Assembly (NCBI GenBank): GCA_038045825.1
Contig: JBBSXJ010000001.1
Coordinates: 6,281 to 70,280, forward strand
Length of the DNA: 64,000 nt
DNA from: Nanobdellota archaeon
Lineage (GTDB): Archaea > Nanobdellota > Nanobdellia > Pacearchaeales > GW2011-AR1
Direction of reading: 5' to 3'
Shown: positions 8,977 to 16,810 of the stretch, piece by piece
Position numbering within the stretch: the first letter of the stretch is position 1
How the letters are laid out: every line of letters starts with the position of its first letter
The notes under the pieces: model-generated
Databases searched by the model: none
What the model was told of the DNA's origin: nothing
The model's input: only the letters and a program-made list of their open reading frames with translations
Made by a program: the position numbers and the translations under genes

Positions 8977-10073
8977 TTAAAATATAGTAGTAAATTCTAT
9001 TCTCCCATTTACATCTTCAGGATTTTCAAATGGAGTGTCTATTATGAATCTTAAATTTCCTTTTTCCCCTATTGGAGCTTTTAATTGTAGCCCCGCTCCA
9101 TAATTTTCAGAACCATGTAAGTCAAAGCTGGCAGTTATTAATGGAGTAACTTCTGCTTTGCCGATTCTTGTTACATATGCAAGTGTTCCATTTGCAGATC
9201 TAGTGTTTGTTTTAGAGTCATTTGTAGCAGATAATATTCCCACAAGCCCGTTATCTACTCGATCATTAAACGGAACTCCTTCAATTGGCGCCCTTCCAAA
9301 TAGGTCTGTAAAAAGATCATTTGTAAACATATCGGCATTATTAGAGGTTCTGCCAACTGCCCAATCGGCATAGCCCCTCTTGATTCCTCCAAACATTAAT
9401 TGGCCAAAAGCATTAGTTTCTCCATCTTCTGAAAAATCAACTTTTCCAAGAGTTCTATAACCTAATTTTACCTCTGGTCCAGCATGATTTGCAAAGAAAC
9501 TTATAGAATACTTATTTTCTAATTCAGAATTTGTGAATGCAAGTCCTAACCCTGCACGATCTTCATTTGAGAAACTATGTATCACATTTCCAAGAAACTG
9601 TGTTTTTTTGCCCCATTAAGGTCTAAGTAGTCAAATCCTATTCCTATTTGGCTATCACTAAACTCTTTTGTAAGGCCAAATCCAGTTCTTAGAGAGTCCT
9701 CTGTTTTGCTTAATGATGCATCAAGAACTTTATCTCCGATTAATGTTTTTGATTCTAATCCTACTCCGTTCTCAACCGTTGATCCGGTTAGCCATAGAGT
9801 GTTAAGATCGTTCGGTTTAAAACGGGCTCCGAATACATAGTCTGTATTTCCTGATATATCATCAATTCTTCTAACTTTAAAATCTTCATCCATAATTCCA
9901 TTTCCAAATCCTAAATCATAAGTAATCTTATCTGGGCTGAATATGTAGGCTGAACGTATTCCATTGGGCTTTTCATTTTCAACGTTTTGTGCTTGTACGT
10001 AATCTCCGATTAATGTTGCTCCTGCAAGCAAGCTAGTTCTTGCAATCTTTCCTAATTGTTCTTTTAAACTCAT
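8977..10073 (-). pseudogene. outer-membrane beta-barrel-like protein, frameshifted (two ORFs 9582-10073 and 8977-9585)
   Basis: The N-terminal signal-like sequence is 'LLAGATLIGDYVQAQ'. The body is rich in G/N/D/T with an alternating pattern and ends '...NGRIEFTTIF' with a terminal Phe. The two ORFs join in frame if the A7 run (rc of 9603-9609) is read as A8, giving '...GAKKTQFLGNVIHSFSNED...'. Confidence 0.5.
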
Positions 10074-10281
10074 CTTAATAACTGCTAATTTAGCCTATTT
10101 TTAAATCTTTCTATCTTGTTACCCCTATGTAGTTAATAAGTAATTAAAAGGTTCTTAATTTTTATCGGGAATATTGTCACCATTTGGTGGTCGATCATCC
10201 TTAAAAATAAAACCAATCTTATATAATTAACAAAATAAGAGCACACGATGCTCACCAGATTAGACAAAACTTGCTACTGCC

Positions 10282-10293
10282 CGGCCCGCGCAT
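10282..10293 (+). repeat. 12-bp core repeat copy 2 (cggcccgcgcat)
   Basis: Exact 12-mer at the junction between the two cassettes. Confidence 0.85.
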
Positions 10294-10374
10294 CCATACA
10301 TCATGTCCATTTTCATGGGGAGTGGCCTAATTGCACAACCTAAGATTTAAATAAGCTAAGTTCACTGCCTAATT

Positions 10375-10692
10375 ATGGTACAAGAGACTATAGGTAGACC
10401 AGAAATGATTTCAGCTATAACTGGAATACCAGTAGATGAATTGAATGAAGGTATGCGATGGTTAACAGTAGCCAATGGTCCACTTTCAGGATCTGTAAAA
10501 GTTACCCCTAATCAAATGAGTATGGTATATGCTGCTACAAGAAAGTTTGTAGCATTACAAATACTCTGTCCTGATGCTGTAGATTATTACAAACCAGCTT
10601 TGGATGCTATAGAATCCGCTTATAGAATAGATCATCATATTGGTTTTGTAAAAGGACTTGAACACCTTATGGCTCTGATGTCATGGGAATAA
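10375..10692 (+). CDS. hypothetical protein (cassette cargo)
   Basis: A 105-aa ORF with no motif I recognise. Confidence 0.45.
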   Translation: MVQETIGRPEMISAITGIPVDELNEGMRWLTVANGPLSGSVKVTPNQMSMVYAATRKFVALQILCPDAVDYYKPALDAIESAYRIDHHIGFVKGLEHLMALMSWE

Positions 10693-10820
10693 TTTCTTTT
10701 TAGAGAATTCATATCAAATAGTCTAATTTTTAATAAACTCCATGGAATTAGGCAACTAACCCTATGATTTATTTATCCTTAAGTCAAAAGTGTTAAAAAC
10801 TTCTAATATTCATTAATTTT

Positions 10821-11108
10821 ATGAAAAAATCACTGCAAGAAATCAAAGAAAAGATAGCCCCATTGCTTAAAGAGAATAATGTAACTAAAGCAGGGATATT
10901 TGGTAGCTATGCACGTGGAGAGGAGAAAAATGGAAGTGATGTAGACATATTAATAGAAATGAATGATGGAGGAGGATTTGACTCAATAATAAATCTTAAG
11001 ATATTGCTTGAGAAAATCCTTAAAAGAAAAGTAGATTTAGTTGAATATTGTACTATAAGAAAAGAGCTAAAAAGATCTATTCTGAGGGATGAAATAAGAG
11101 TTATATGA
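10821..11108 (+). CDS. minimal nucleotidyltransferase (MNT) antitoxin-type protein
   Basis: 'GIFGSYARGEEKNGSDVDILIE' is the GS...DxD motif of Pol-beta-fold NTases. It overlaps the downstream HEPN gene by 4 nt. Confidence 0.85.
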   Translation: MKKSLQEIKEKIAPLLKENNVTKAGIFGSYARGEEKNGSDVDILIEMNDGGGFDSIINLKILLEKILKRKVDLVEYCTIRKELKRSILRDEIRVI

Positions 11109-11440
11109 AAAGAGATTATAAACTGTACTTGCAAGATATAAAGGAAAGTATAAATCAAATCGAGAGTTATTTAAAAGGAATTTCACAAGTTGAATTTAAT
11201 AAAAATCTTATGCTTCAAGACGCAGTCATAAGAAGGCTGGAGATAATTGGAGAAGCAAGTAAAAATATTCCTGGTTCGTTAAAAGAAAAAAATAGACATG
11301 TGCCTTGGATTAGAATGCAAAACTATAGAGACTTTATCATCCACTCTTATTTTGAGGCTAGCTTAAGTAGAATTTGGGTTGTTGCGACAAAGGAAATAAA
11401 AGAAATTAAGGAAGCAATGAAAAATATTATTTTGGTTTAA
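11105..11440 (+). CDS. HEPN-domain (DUF86) toxin-type protein
   Basis: It has the R-x4-H HEPN motif 'RDFIIHSYF' and forms a typical MNT-HEPN operon. Confidence 0.8.
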   Translation: MKRDYKLYLQDIKESINQIESYLKGISQVEFNKNLMLQDAVIRRLEIIGEASKNIPGSLKEKNRHVPWIRMQNYRDFIIHSYFEASLSRIWVVATKEIKEIKEAMKNIILV

Positions 11441-11478
11441 TTCCGCTTCACGCTCTTTGGACACTAGAGCCATGTGTA

Positions 11479-11490
11479 CGGCCCGCGCAT
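11479..11490 (+). repeat. 12-bp core repeat copy 3 (cggcccgcgcat)
   Basis: Exact 12-mer, ending 4 nt before the 3' end of the minus-strand methyltransferase gene. Confidence 0.85.
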
Positions 11491-11494
11491 ATCA

Positions 11495-12268
11495 TTAAAT
11501 CTTTTTAATCAAATAAAATAACTCTTGATTTGTTCTTGTTATTTTATAATCATATTTTAGGGCTTTGAGTATATTTTCAAACCAACGCCTGTATGGGCTA
11601 TTCATCTTTTTTCCAGTTAATGTGCGGGTTGCGAAACTAACAATGAAATGTTTTGCATTTATTTTCTTTAAGAGGTCTCTTGTTATTCCTATCCTTCTAT
11701 CTCCTAGAATGTCTAGTACTTTGAAAATAATACAAAGGTCTACATCAGGGAAAGTTGGTTCTTCTCTAATATCTTTATGATGGACATCCCCATGAATTCC
11801 ATTAACTTTGAAAAATTCATTTACTATTTCAAGGTCGTATTCATTAATATCATAAGCATGATACTTTATGCCAGGTTTTGCTAGGGCTATTGGATTTATA
11901 CCACAACCAAGATCAAGAATACTTTGCGGATTTAGAGCTCTAATCATATTTCTTACAAGAGGATAATCATCTACTCTTTCTCTTGTTGAAGAATGCTGTA
12001 ACAATAATTCATTGATATCTCCGCTTTTGATAAATTCACTTCTATTTTTGATATTTGACTTAGAAGCATACTGTCCAGTATATTTTCTTAGCTCCTCTCT
12101 TACTTCTTTTATTATAATTTTTTGAGCCTTTTCTGAATGGGTGTCTTTTATCTTATTTTTTAACAGATAACTTTCTAGAGTTGATATTACAAGAGTATCT
12201 GGAAGACTTTTTAGTTCAAATTTCTCCTTTATTTTTCTGACCAGTTTATCCATTGATCTGTAGAGCAA
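11495..12268 (-). CDS. 16S rRNA (guanine1405-N7)-methyltransferase-like protein (ArmA/Rmt/FmrO family)
   Basis: The motif order matches my recollection of ArmA/Rmt enzymes: 'LLLQHSSTRERV', SAM motif 'ILDLGCGINPIAL', 'IKYHAYDINEYDLEI', 'FIVSFATRTLTGKK' and a C-terminal 'QELFYLI'. Confidence 0.7.
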   Translation of the reverse strand: MLYRSMDKLVRKIKEKFELKSLPDTLVISTLESYLLKNKIKDTHSEKAQKIIIKEVREELRKYTGQYASKSNIKNRSEFIKSGDINELLLQHSSTRERVDDYPLVRNMIRALNPQSILDLGCGINPIALAKPGIKYHAYDINEYDLEIVNEFFKVNGIHGDVHHKDIREEPTFPDVDLCIIFKVLDILGDRRIGITRDLLKKINAKHFIVSFATRTLTGKKMNSPYRRWFENILKALKYDYKITRTNQELFYLIKKI

Positions 12269-12298
12269 CCTATATAAATAAAGGTAAGTTTTTTAGAT

Positions 12299-13018
12299 TT
12301 GATGTATAAAAAAGGATTGAGCCACATAGAATTTGTGGTTTCATTTACAATATTCATAGGGTTTCTTGTATTTGCTTTTGTATTCTTTAATCCGTTGCAG
12401 AGTCAAAGAACATTGAAGTCTACAATGGATTATGCTTGGATTGAGGTATCTCGTGAGGGAAGAGAAAATATTGAAAGTTACTCTGTGTCTATAGATACGG
12501 GATATGCTTCGGCCGTAAATTTTGAGATAGCTGGAATACCTTTAGATTATAATGCTACTGCAGAAGATGAAAATGGTAATCCAATAGATGTACATAGAGA
12601 TTCTAACGGGATAGTTTATCTTGATAGAGGAACTAGCAATTTTATTAAGATATTATACTCTCCTGCTTTAGAGAATAGTCCTTTTGTAAGTCTTGGAGCT
12701 TCACTTGGAACAATAACTCCTACCACAACTACAGGTAATTTTTATATTTCTTCTTCTGAGATAAAAGACATCTATTTTGAGAGATTATTTTTAGAATTAA
12801 ATCAAAGTTATTACTCTGATTATGCTGCACTTAAAGAAGACTTGAACTTGCCAAACAGAATAGATTTTGGATTCATAATTACTTTTGATAATCATCAAAT
12901 AAGAGCAATGAATGATGTACCTGAGGGTATTGAAGTATTGTCAAAGAATGATAGAGTCGAGATAATTAAACAGAATGGAGATCATGGATTTGCCGAGGTA
13001 ACTGTTTTGGTATGGTAA
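12299..13018 (+). CDS. pilin-like protein (class III signal peptide)
   Basis: 'MMYKKGLS|HIEFVVSFTIFIGFLVFAFVFF'. Confidence 0.55.
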   Translation: MMYKKGLSHIEFVVSFTIFIGFLVFAFVFFNPLQSQRTLKSTMDYAWIEVSREGRENIESYSVSIDTGYASAVNFEIAGIPLDYNATAEDENGNPIDVHRDSNGIVYLDRGTSNFIKILYSPALENSPFVSLGASLGTITPTTTTGNFYISSSEIKDIYFERLFLELNQSYYSDYAALKEDLNLPNRIDFGFIITFDNHQIRAMNDVPEGIEVLSKNDRVEIIKQNGDHGFAEVTVLVW

Positions 13019-13488
13019 ATCAAAAAATCGATGTTGATACTCGATTTTTGGATGATCGAAGTGTCGACTTAAGGAGACACTTGCGACATAAAAAAGGAAT
13101 TGCTAGGATAATTGAACTTCTTATAGCTATAACAATTATTTCAATAATATTACTTGTTACATACAGACAAAGCTTACCTTCACAAGAAACTCAGGATTTA
13201 TCTGAAAATGCAAGAGACATATTATCTGAAATAAGCACTATTGATAACTTAAGAGATGAAGTTGTAGCTAATCAAGTTAATGTTGTTGCAATGACTAACA
13301 CTCTTGCGTTTATTAACTCGAGTTTACCTGATTATATTAAATTTGAATTACGTGCGTGCATAATAACAAGTTCATGTGGTCAATCTAATTATGTTGGAGA
13401 TGTCTACTCTGCCGAGAGAATAATAAGCGCCAGTAGAGATGAGTTTGGTCCTGTTAAACTAAGATTATTCTTGTGGGTAGAAGAATGA
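13012..13488 (+). CDS. pilin-like protein with repeat-element insertion in its leader
   Basis: 'MVN[QKIDVDTRFLDDRSVDLRRHLRH]KKGIARIIELLIAITIISIILLV'. The bracketed 23 codons are repeat-element copy A. Without them the N-terminus is a canonical 'MVNKKG|IA...' prepilin. Confidence 0.55.
   Translation: MVNQKIDVDTRFLDDRSVDLRRHLRHKKGIARIIELLIAITIISIILLVTYRQSLPSQETQDLSENARDILSEISTIDNLRDEVVANQVNVVAMTNTLAFINSSLPDYIKFELRACIITSSCGQSNYVGDVYSAERIISASRDEFGPVKLRLFLWVEE
13021..13089 (+). mobile_element. miniature hairpin repeat element, copy A (69 bp)
   Basis: It shares 'atcaaaaaatcgatg...ctcgatttttggatga' and '...gatcgaagt...cgacat' with the copies at 48740-48817 and 29427-29599 (rc). A hairpin pairs aaaaatcga with tcgattttt. 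Confidence 0.65.
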
Positions 13489-13895
13489 TGAAGAAATTTG
13501 AATTTTTAGAGCATACTGGAGACTTGAAGTTTAGAGCATATGGTAATAGCTTGAATGAGATGTTTGAGAATTGTGCTTTGGCTGTTTCATCCGTATTTTC
13601 AAGAGGCAAGAAGATTAAGGCATTGAGTAAAAAAGAGATTTCTGTATCTGGAAAGGATAAGGAATCTATTCTTTACAAATTTATTGAAGAAATAATATAC
13701 TTATTTGATGCTGAAGGGTTTGTTATCTCTCGTGCAGATGTTGAACTTAGTGATGGGAAATTGAATGCAACTGCTTACGGGGATGATTCTTCTAATTACA
13801 AAGATTTAGACGCAATAAAGTCACCAACATATGCTGAGATGTATGTAAAAGAGAAAAATGGAAGTTGGGTTTGTCAAGTTGTTGTAGATGTTTAG
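13485..13895 (+). CDS. archease (RtcB activator)
   Basis: 'MMKKFEFLEHTGDLKFRAYG' is the archease N-terminus. It lies directly upstream of rtcB. The ATG at 13485 overlaps the upstream stop (ATGA); the track ORF starts at a GTG at 13473. Confidence 0.85.
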   Translation: MMKKFEFLEHTGDLKFRAYGNSLNEMFENCALAVSSVFSRGKKIKALSKKEISVSGKDKESILYKFIEEIIYLFDAEGFVISRADVELSDGKLNATAYGDDSSNYKDLDAIKSPTYAEMYVKEKNGSWVCQVVVDV

Positions 13896-13925
13896 ATATT
13901 TAAACCAATCAAGCTACTTTTAGAC

Positions 13926-16760
13926 ATGGTAAATATTAAAAAAATAAATGAATACACTTGGGAAATTCCGAAAGAAAATGGCATGAAAGTACCAGGCAGA
14001 ATTTTTGCCTCTGAAAAATTATTTGAAAAAATAAAGAATGACTTAACTTTTGAACAAATAAAAAATGTAGCTAAACTTCCAGGAATAATTGGATACTCTC
14101 TTGCCATGAGTGATGCCCATCAGGCCTATGGGATGTGTGTCGGAGGGGTAGCTGCTTTTGATTCTAAGAAAGGAATTATAAGTCCCGGAGCTGTTGGTTT
14201 TGATATTAATTGCTTAACTGGAAATAGTTCAATAGTTACTGAATTTGGAGGATCTATGAAAATTGAAAACTTTGAAAAATTACAATCTGAACTAGAGATA
14301 GATGATAATGGAAGAAAAATAAAAAAGATTGTTTTCTCAAGCCAGCTATCTACTCTCAACAATCAAAATAAATCTATGGAGGGAAAACCAGTTAACCTTA
14401 TTATGTCAAGAAATGCTGAAAAAGTCTCCGAGATAACTCTTGAATCTGGATTAAAAATAAAGACGACTGAAGAACACCCGTTTTTGACTAAAGAAGGTAT
14501 GCAAAAAATTTCTGAAATTAGTCTAGGGAAACTTGTAGGCGTGGACTTATTTGAAGGAATTGAATTAAACGAAGAAATAGATGAAAAAGAAGCCATTATT
14601 GCAAAGATAATGGGTTACTTGTTTGGAGATGGGAATTTCTCCAGATTAAAGACAGGACTAAGAGCCTCTGCTTATGGAAAAAAAGAAGATTTAGAGGAAA
14701 TTAAAAAAGATTTAGAGAGAATACGGGTTAAATCATATATTTATTCTAGAGAAAGAGACCACTCTATAAATACAAGATATGGAAATGTTAAGTTTAGAAA
14801 TATAGAATATTCATTACATATAAACTCTCAAGAATTCAATAGACTGCTAGAACAAAAAGGACTTATTTTAGGAAATAAAACAAGGCAAGAAGTAAGAATA
14901 CCTCAATGGATTAAAGAGTCTAAACCTATAATAAAAAGATTATTTTTAGCTGGATTTTTTGGAGCTGAAATGTCTACTCCTAAAACATTATCTAAAACTT
15001 GCTTTTTCTGCCCAACAATAGATCAAAATAAAATTGAATCTCTATCTCAAAATGCTCGCGACTTTTTGATAGATCTTTCTTTGCTTTTAGAAGAATTTGG
15101 AATAAATAATACTAAAATAAGCGAGATTGATGATTTCCATAATAAATATGGAGAAAAAACAAAGAGGTTTAGGTTATTTGTAAAGGGAGAAGAAGATATG
15201 CTCAAGCTATGGAGAAACATAGGTTTTGAATACAACCAAAAAAGAAAAAATATGGCTAATATAGCTTCACTTTACATCTTACTTAAAAAACAAGAAAACA
15301 ATAAAAGACTGTATTTGGCTCGAAAGATTAAAGAATATAAAAATAGAGGATTCAAACTGAAAGAAGTAAAAAAGATATTATTTAAAGAAATTAATGAAAG
15401 ATTCATTGAAAGACATTATTATGAAGATGCAGCTCAAAGAATTAAATTAGATTTTATTTCTTTTAAGGATTTTAAAAGGCTTAAACTGGAAGAATTAAAT
15501 AATTATGGAACAATATTTGATAAAATAGCAGAAAAAAAAGAAATAATTGGCAATCACAGAGTATATGATTTTAACGTTCAAGACAATCATAATTTCATAG
15601 CAAATGGGTTTGTTGTTTCGAATTGTGGCGTCCGATTATTAATATCTAATTTAGATAAAAAACAATTCTTGTCCAAAAGAAAAGATATTTTAAAAGAAAT
15701 TTATAATGCTGTCCCTTCTGGGGTTGGCAAAAAAAGTAAATTCAACCTCAACAATAAAGAAATTGATAACGTTTTAACTAATGGTGTTGGGTGGGCTATT
15801 GATAAAGGATATGGAGAGGCAGAAGATAAAGAATTATGCGAAGACAATGGTCAAATAATTGGAGCTGACTCAAAGAAAATATCTGCAAAAGCCCGTGGAC
15901 GAGGAATGAATCAACTTGGTACATTAGGAGCAGGAAACCATTTTCTAGAGATTGCAGAAGTTGAAAGCATTTATGATGAAAGAGTTGCTAAAATATTTGG
16001 CATTAAGAATGTTGGACAAATCACAGTCATGATTCATTCGGGCAGCAGAGGCGTTGGACACCAAGTTGCATCAGATTATATGAAAAAAATGGAAGAAGAA
16101 TATGGTTACAAACATTTACCTGATCGACAACTTGCTTATGCTAAGATAGACTCTGTATTAGGAAAAGACTATCTTGCTGCGATGGCAGGCGCTGCTAACT
16201 TTGGATTTACGAATAGACATTTAATTATGCATCAAGTCAGGGAGTCATTTGGAAAACACTTTCCTAAATCTGAATTAAACTTAGTTTATGACCTTGCACA
16301 CAACATTGCAAAATTTGAGGACCACACAGTTGATGGTAAAAAAATGAAATTATTAATTCATAGAAAAGGTGCAACACGTTCATTTGGTCCTGGAAGAAAA
16401 GAAATTCCCTTAAAATATCGCAAAGTCGGATGTCCTATATTTATTCCAGGGAGCATGGGGACATATTCTTACGTTTTAGTTGGAACAAAAAAAGCTGAAG
16501 AATTGACATTTGGCTCAACTGCGCACGGGGCTGGAAGAATATTATCTAGAAGCGAAGCTTCTCGAACTATCACTCCTCAAAATCTTGCTAAAGAGATGAA
16601 TGACAAAGACATTATCCTAGAATCTGCAAGTATGAAAGGTGCAGTGGACGAAGCACCCGCCGCATACAAAGATGTTAATGAAGTTGTTCGCGTAAGTGAT
16701 GAACTTGGTATAGGTAAGATGGTTGCTAGGCTTAAACCACTCGGGGTTGTTAAAGGATAA
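13926..16760 (+). CDS. rtcB: RNA-splicing ligase RtcB, interrupted by an intein
   Basis: Exteins: '...GAVGFDIN' + 'CGVRLL...'. RtcB motifs 'GAGNHFLE', 'HSGSRGVGH' and 'HGAGR' are present. Confidence 0.92.
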   Translation: MVNIKKINEYTWEIPKENGMKVPGRIFASEKLFEKIKNDLTFEQIKNVAKLPGIIGYSLAMSDAHQAYGMCVGGVAAFDSKKGIISPGAVGFDINCLTGNSSIVTEFGGSMKIENFEKLQSELEIDDNGRKIKKIVFSSQLSTLNNQNKSMEGKPVNLIMSRNAEKVSEITLESGLKIKTTEEHPFLTKEGMQKISEISLGKLVGVDLFEGIELNEEIDEKEAIIAKIMGYLFGDGNFSRLKTGLRASAYGKKEDLEEIKKDLERIRVKSYIYSRERDHSINTRYGNVKFRNIEYSLHINSQEFNRLLEQKGLILGNKTRQEVRIPQWIKESKPIIKRLFLAGFFGAEMSTPKTLSKTCFFCPTIDQNKIESLSQNARDFLIDLSLLLEEFGINNTKISEIDDFHNKYGEKTKRFRLFVKGEEDMLKLWRNIGFEYNQKRKNMANIASLYILLKKQENNKRLYLARKIKEYKNRGFKLKEVKKILFKEINERFIERHYYEDAAQRIKLDFISFKDFKRLKLEELNNYGTIFDKIAEKKEIIGNHRVYDFNVQDNHNFIANGFVVSNCGVRLLISNLDKKQFLSKRKDILKEIYNAVPSGVGKKSKFNLNNKEIDNVLTNGVGWAIDKGYGEAEDKELCEDNGQIIGADSKKISAKARGRGMNQLGTLGAGNHFLEIAEVESIYDERVAKIFGIKNVGQITVMIHSGSRGVGHQVASDYMKKMEEEYGYKHLPDRQLAYAKIDSVLGKDYLAAMAGAANFGFTNRHLIMHQVRESFGKHFPKSELNLVYDLAHNIAKFEDHTVDGKKMKLLIHRKGATRSFGPGRKEIPLKYRKVGCPIFIPGSMGTYSYVLVGTKKAEELTFGSTAHGAGRILSRSEASRTITPQNLAKEMNDKDIILESASMKGAVDEAPAAYKDVNEVVRVSDELGIGKMVARLKPLGVVKG
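14211..15623 (+). mobile_element. RtcB intein with LAGLIDADG homing-endonuclease domain (471 aa)
   Basis: It starts at Cys ('CLTGNSS'), has block B 'TTEEHPF', LAGLIDADG motifs 'IMGYLFGDGNF' and 'LFLAGFFGAEMS', and ends 'NGFVVSN' followed by the +1 Cys of 'CGVRLL'. Confidence 0.9.
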
Positions 16761-16810
16761 TATTATTGTTTAATCTTTTTGATAATCTTTATAAACATGC
16801 GACGGATTAA

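Larger units (their letters stand above)
8903..10293. mobile_element. candidate integrated gene cassette 1 (integrase-less)
   Basis: It is bounded by core copies 1 and 2. A perfect 14-bp terminal inverted repeat pairs aagttttgtctaat (8907-8920) with attagacaaaactt (10259-10272). Its only cargo is the beta-barrel-like pseudogene. Confidence 0.6.
10294..11490. mobile_element. candidate integrated gene cassette 2 (integrase-less)
   Basis: It is bounded by core copies 2 and 3. Its cargo is a 105-aa unknown ORF plus an MNT/HEPN pair. Confidence 0.55.

Noticed and set aside
8889-11490. Calling the three repeats canonical integron attC sites
   Set aside because: - No RYYYAAC / GTTRRRY inverse-core and core boxes flank the crossover.
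- The repeat is in the centre of the inferred site, not at an R' box.
- No intI gene is in the window.

I kept it as an integron-like or site-specific cassette array of unknown mechanism.
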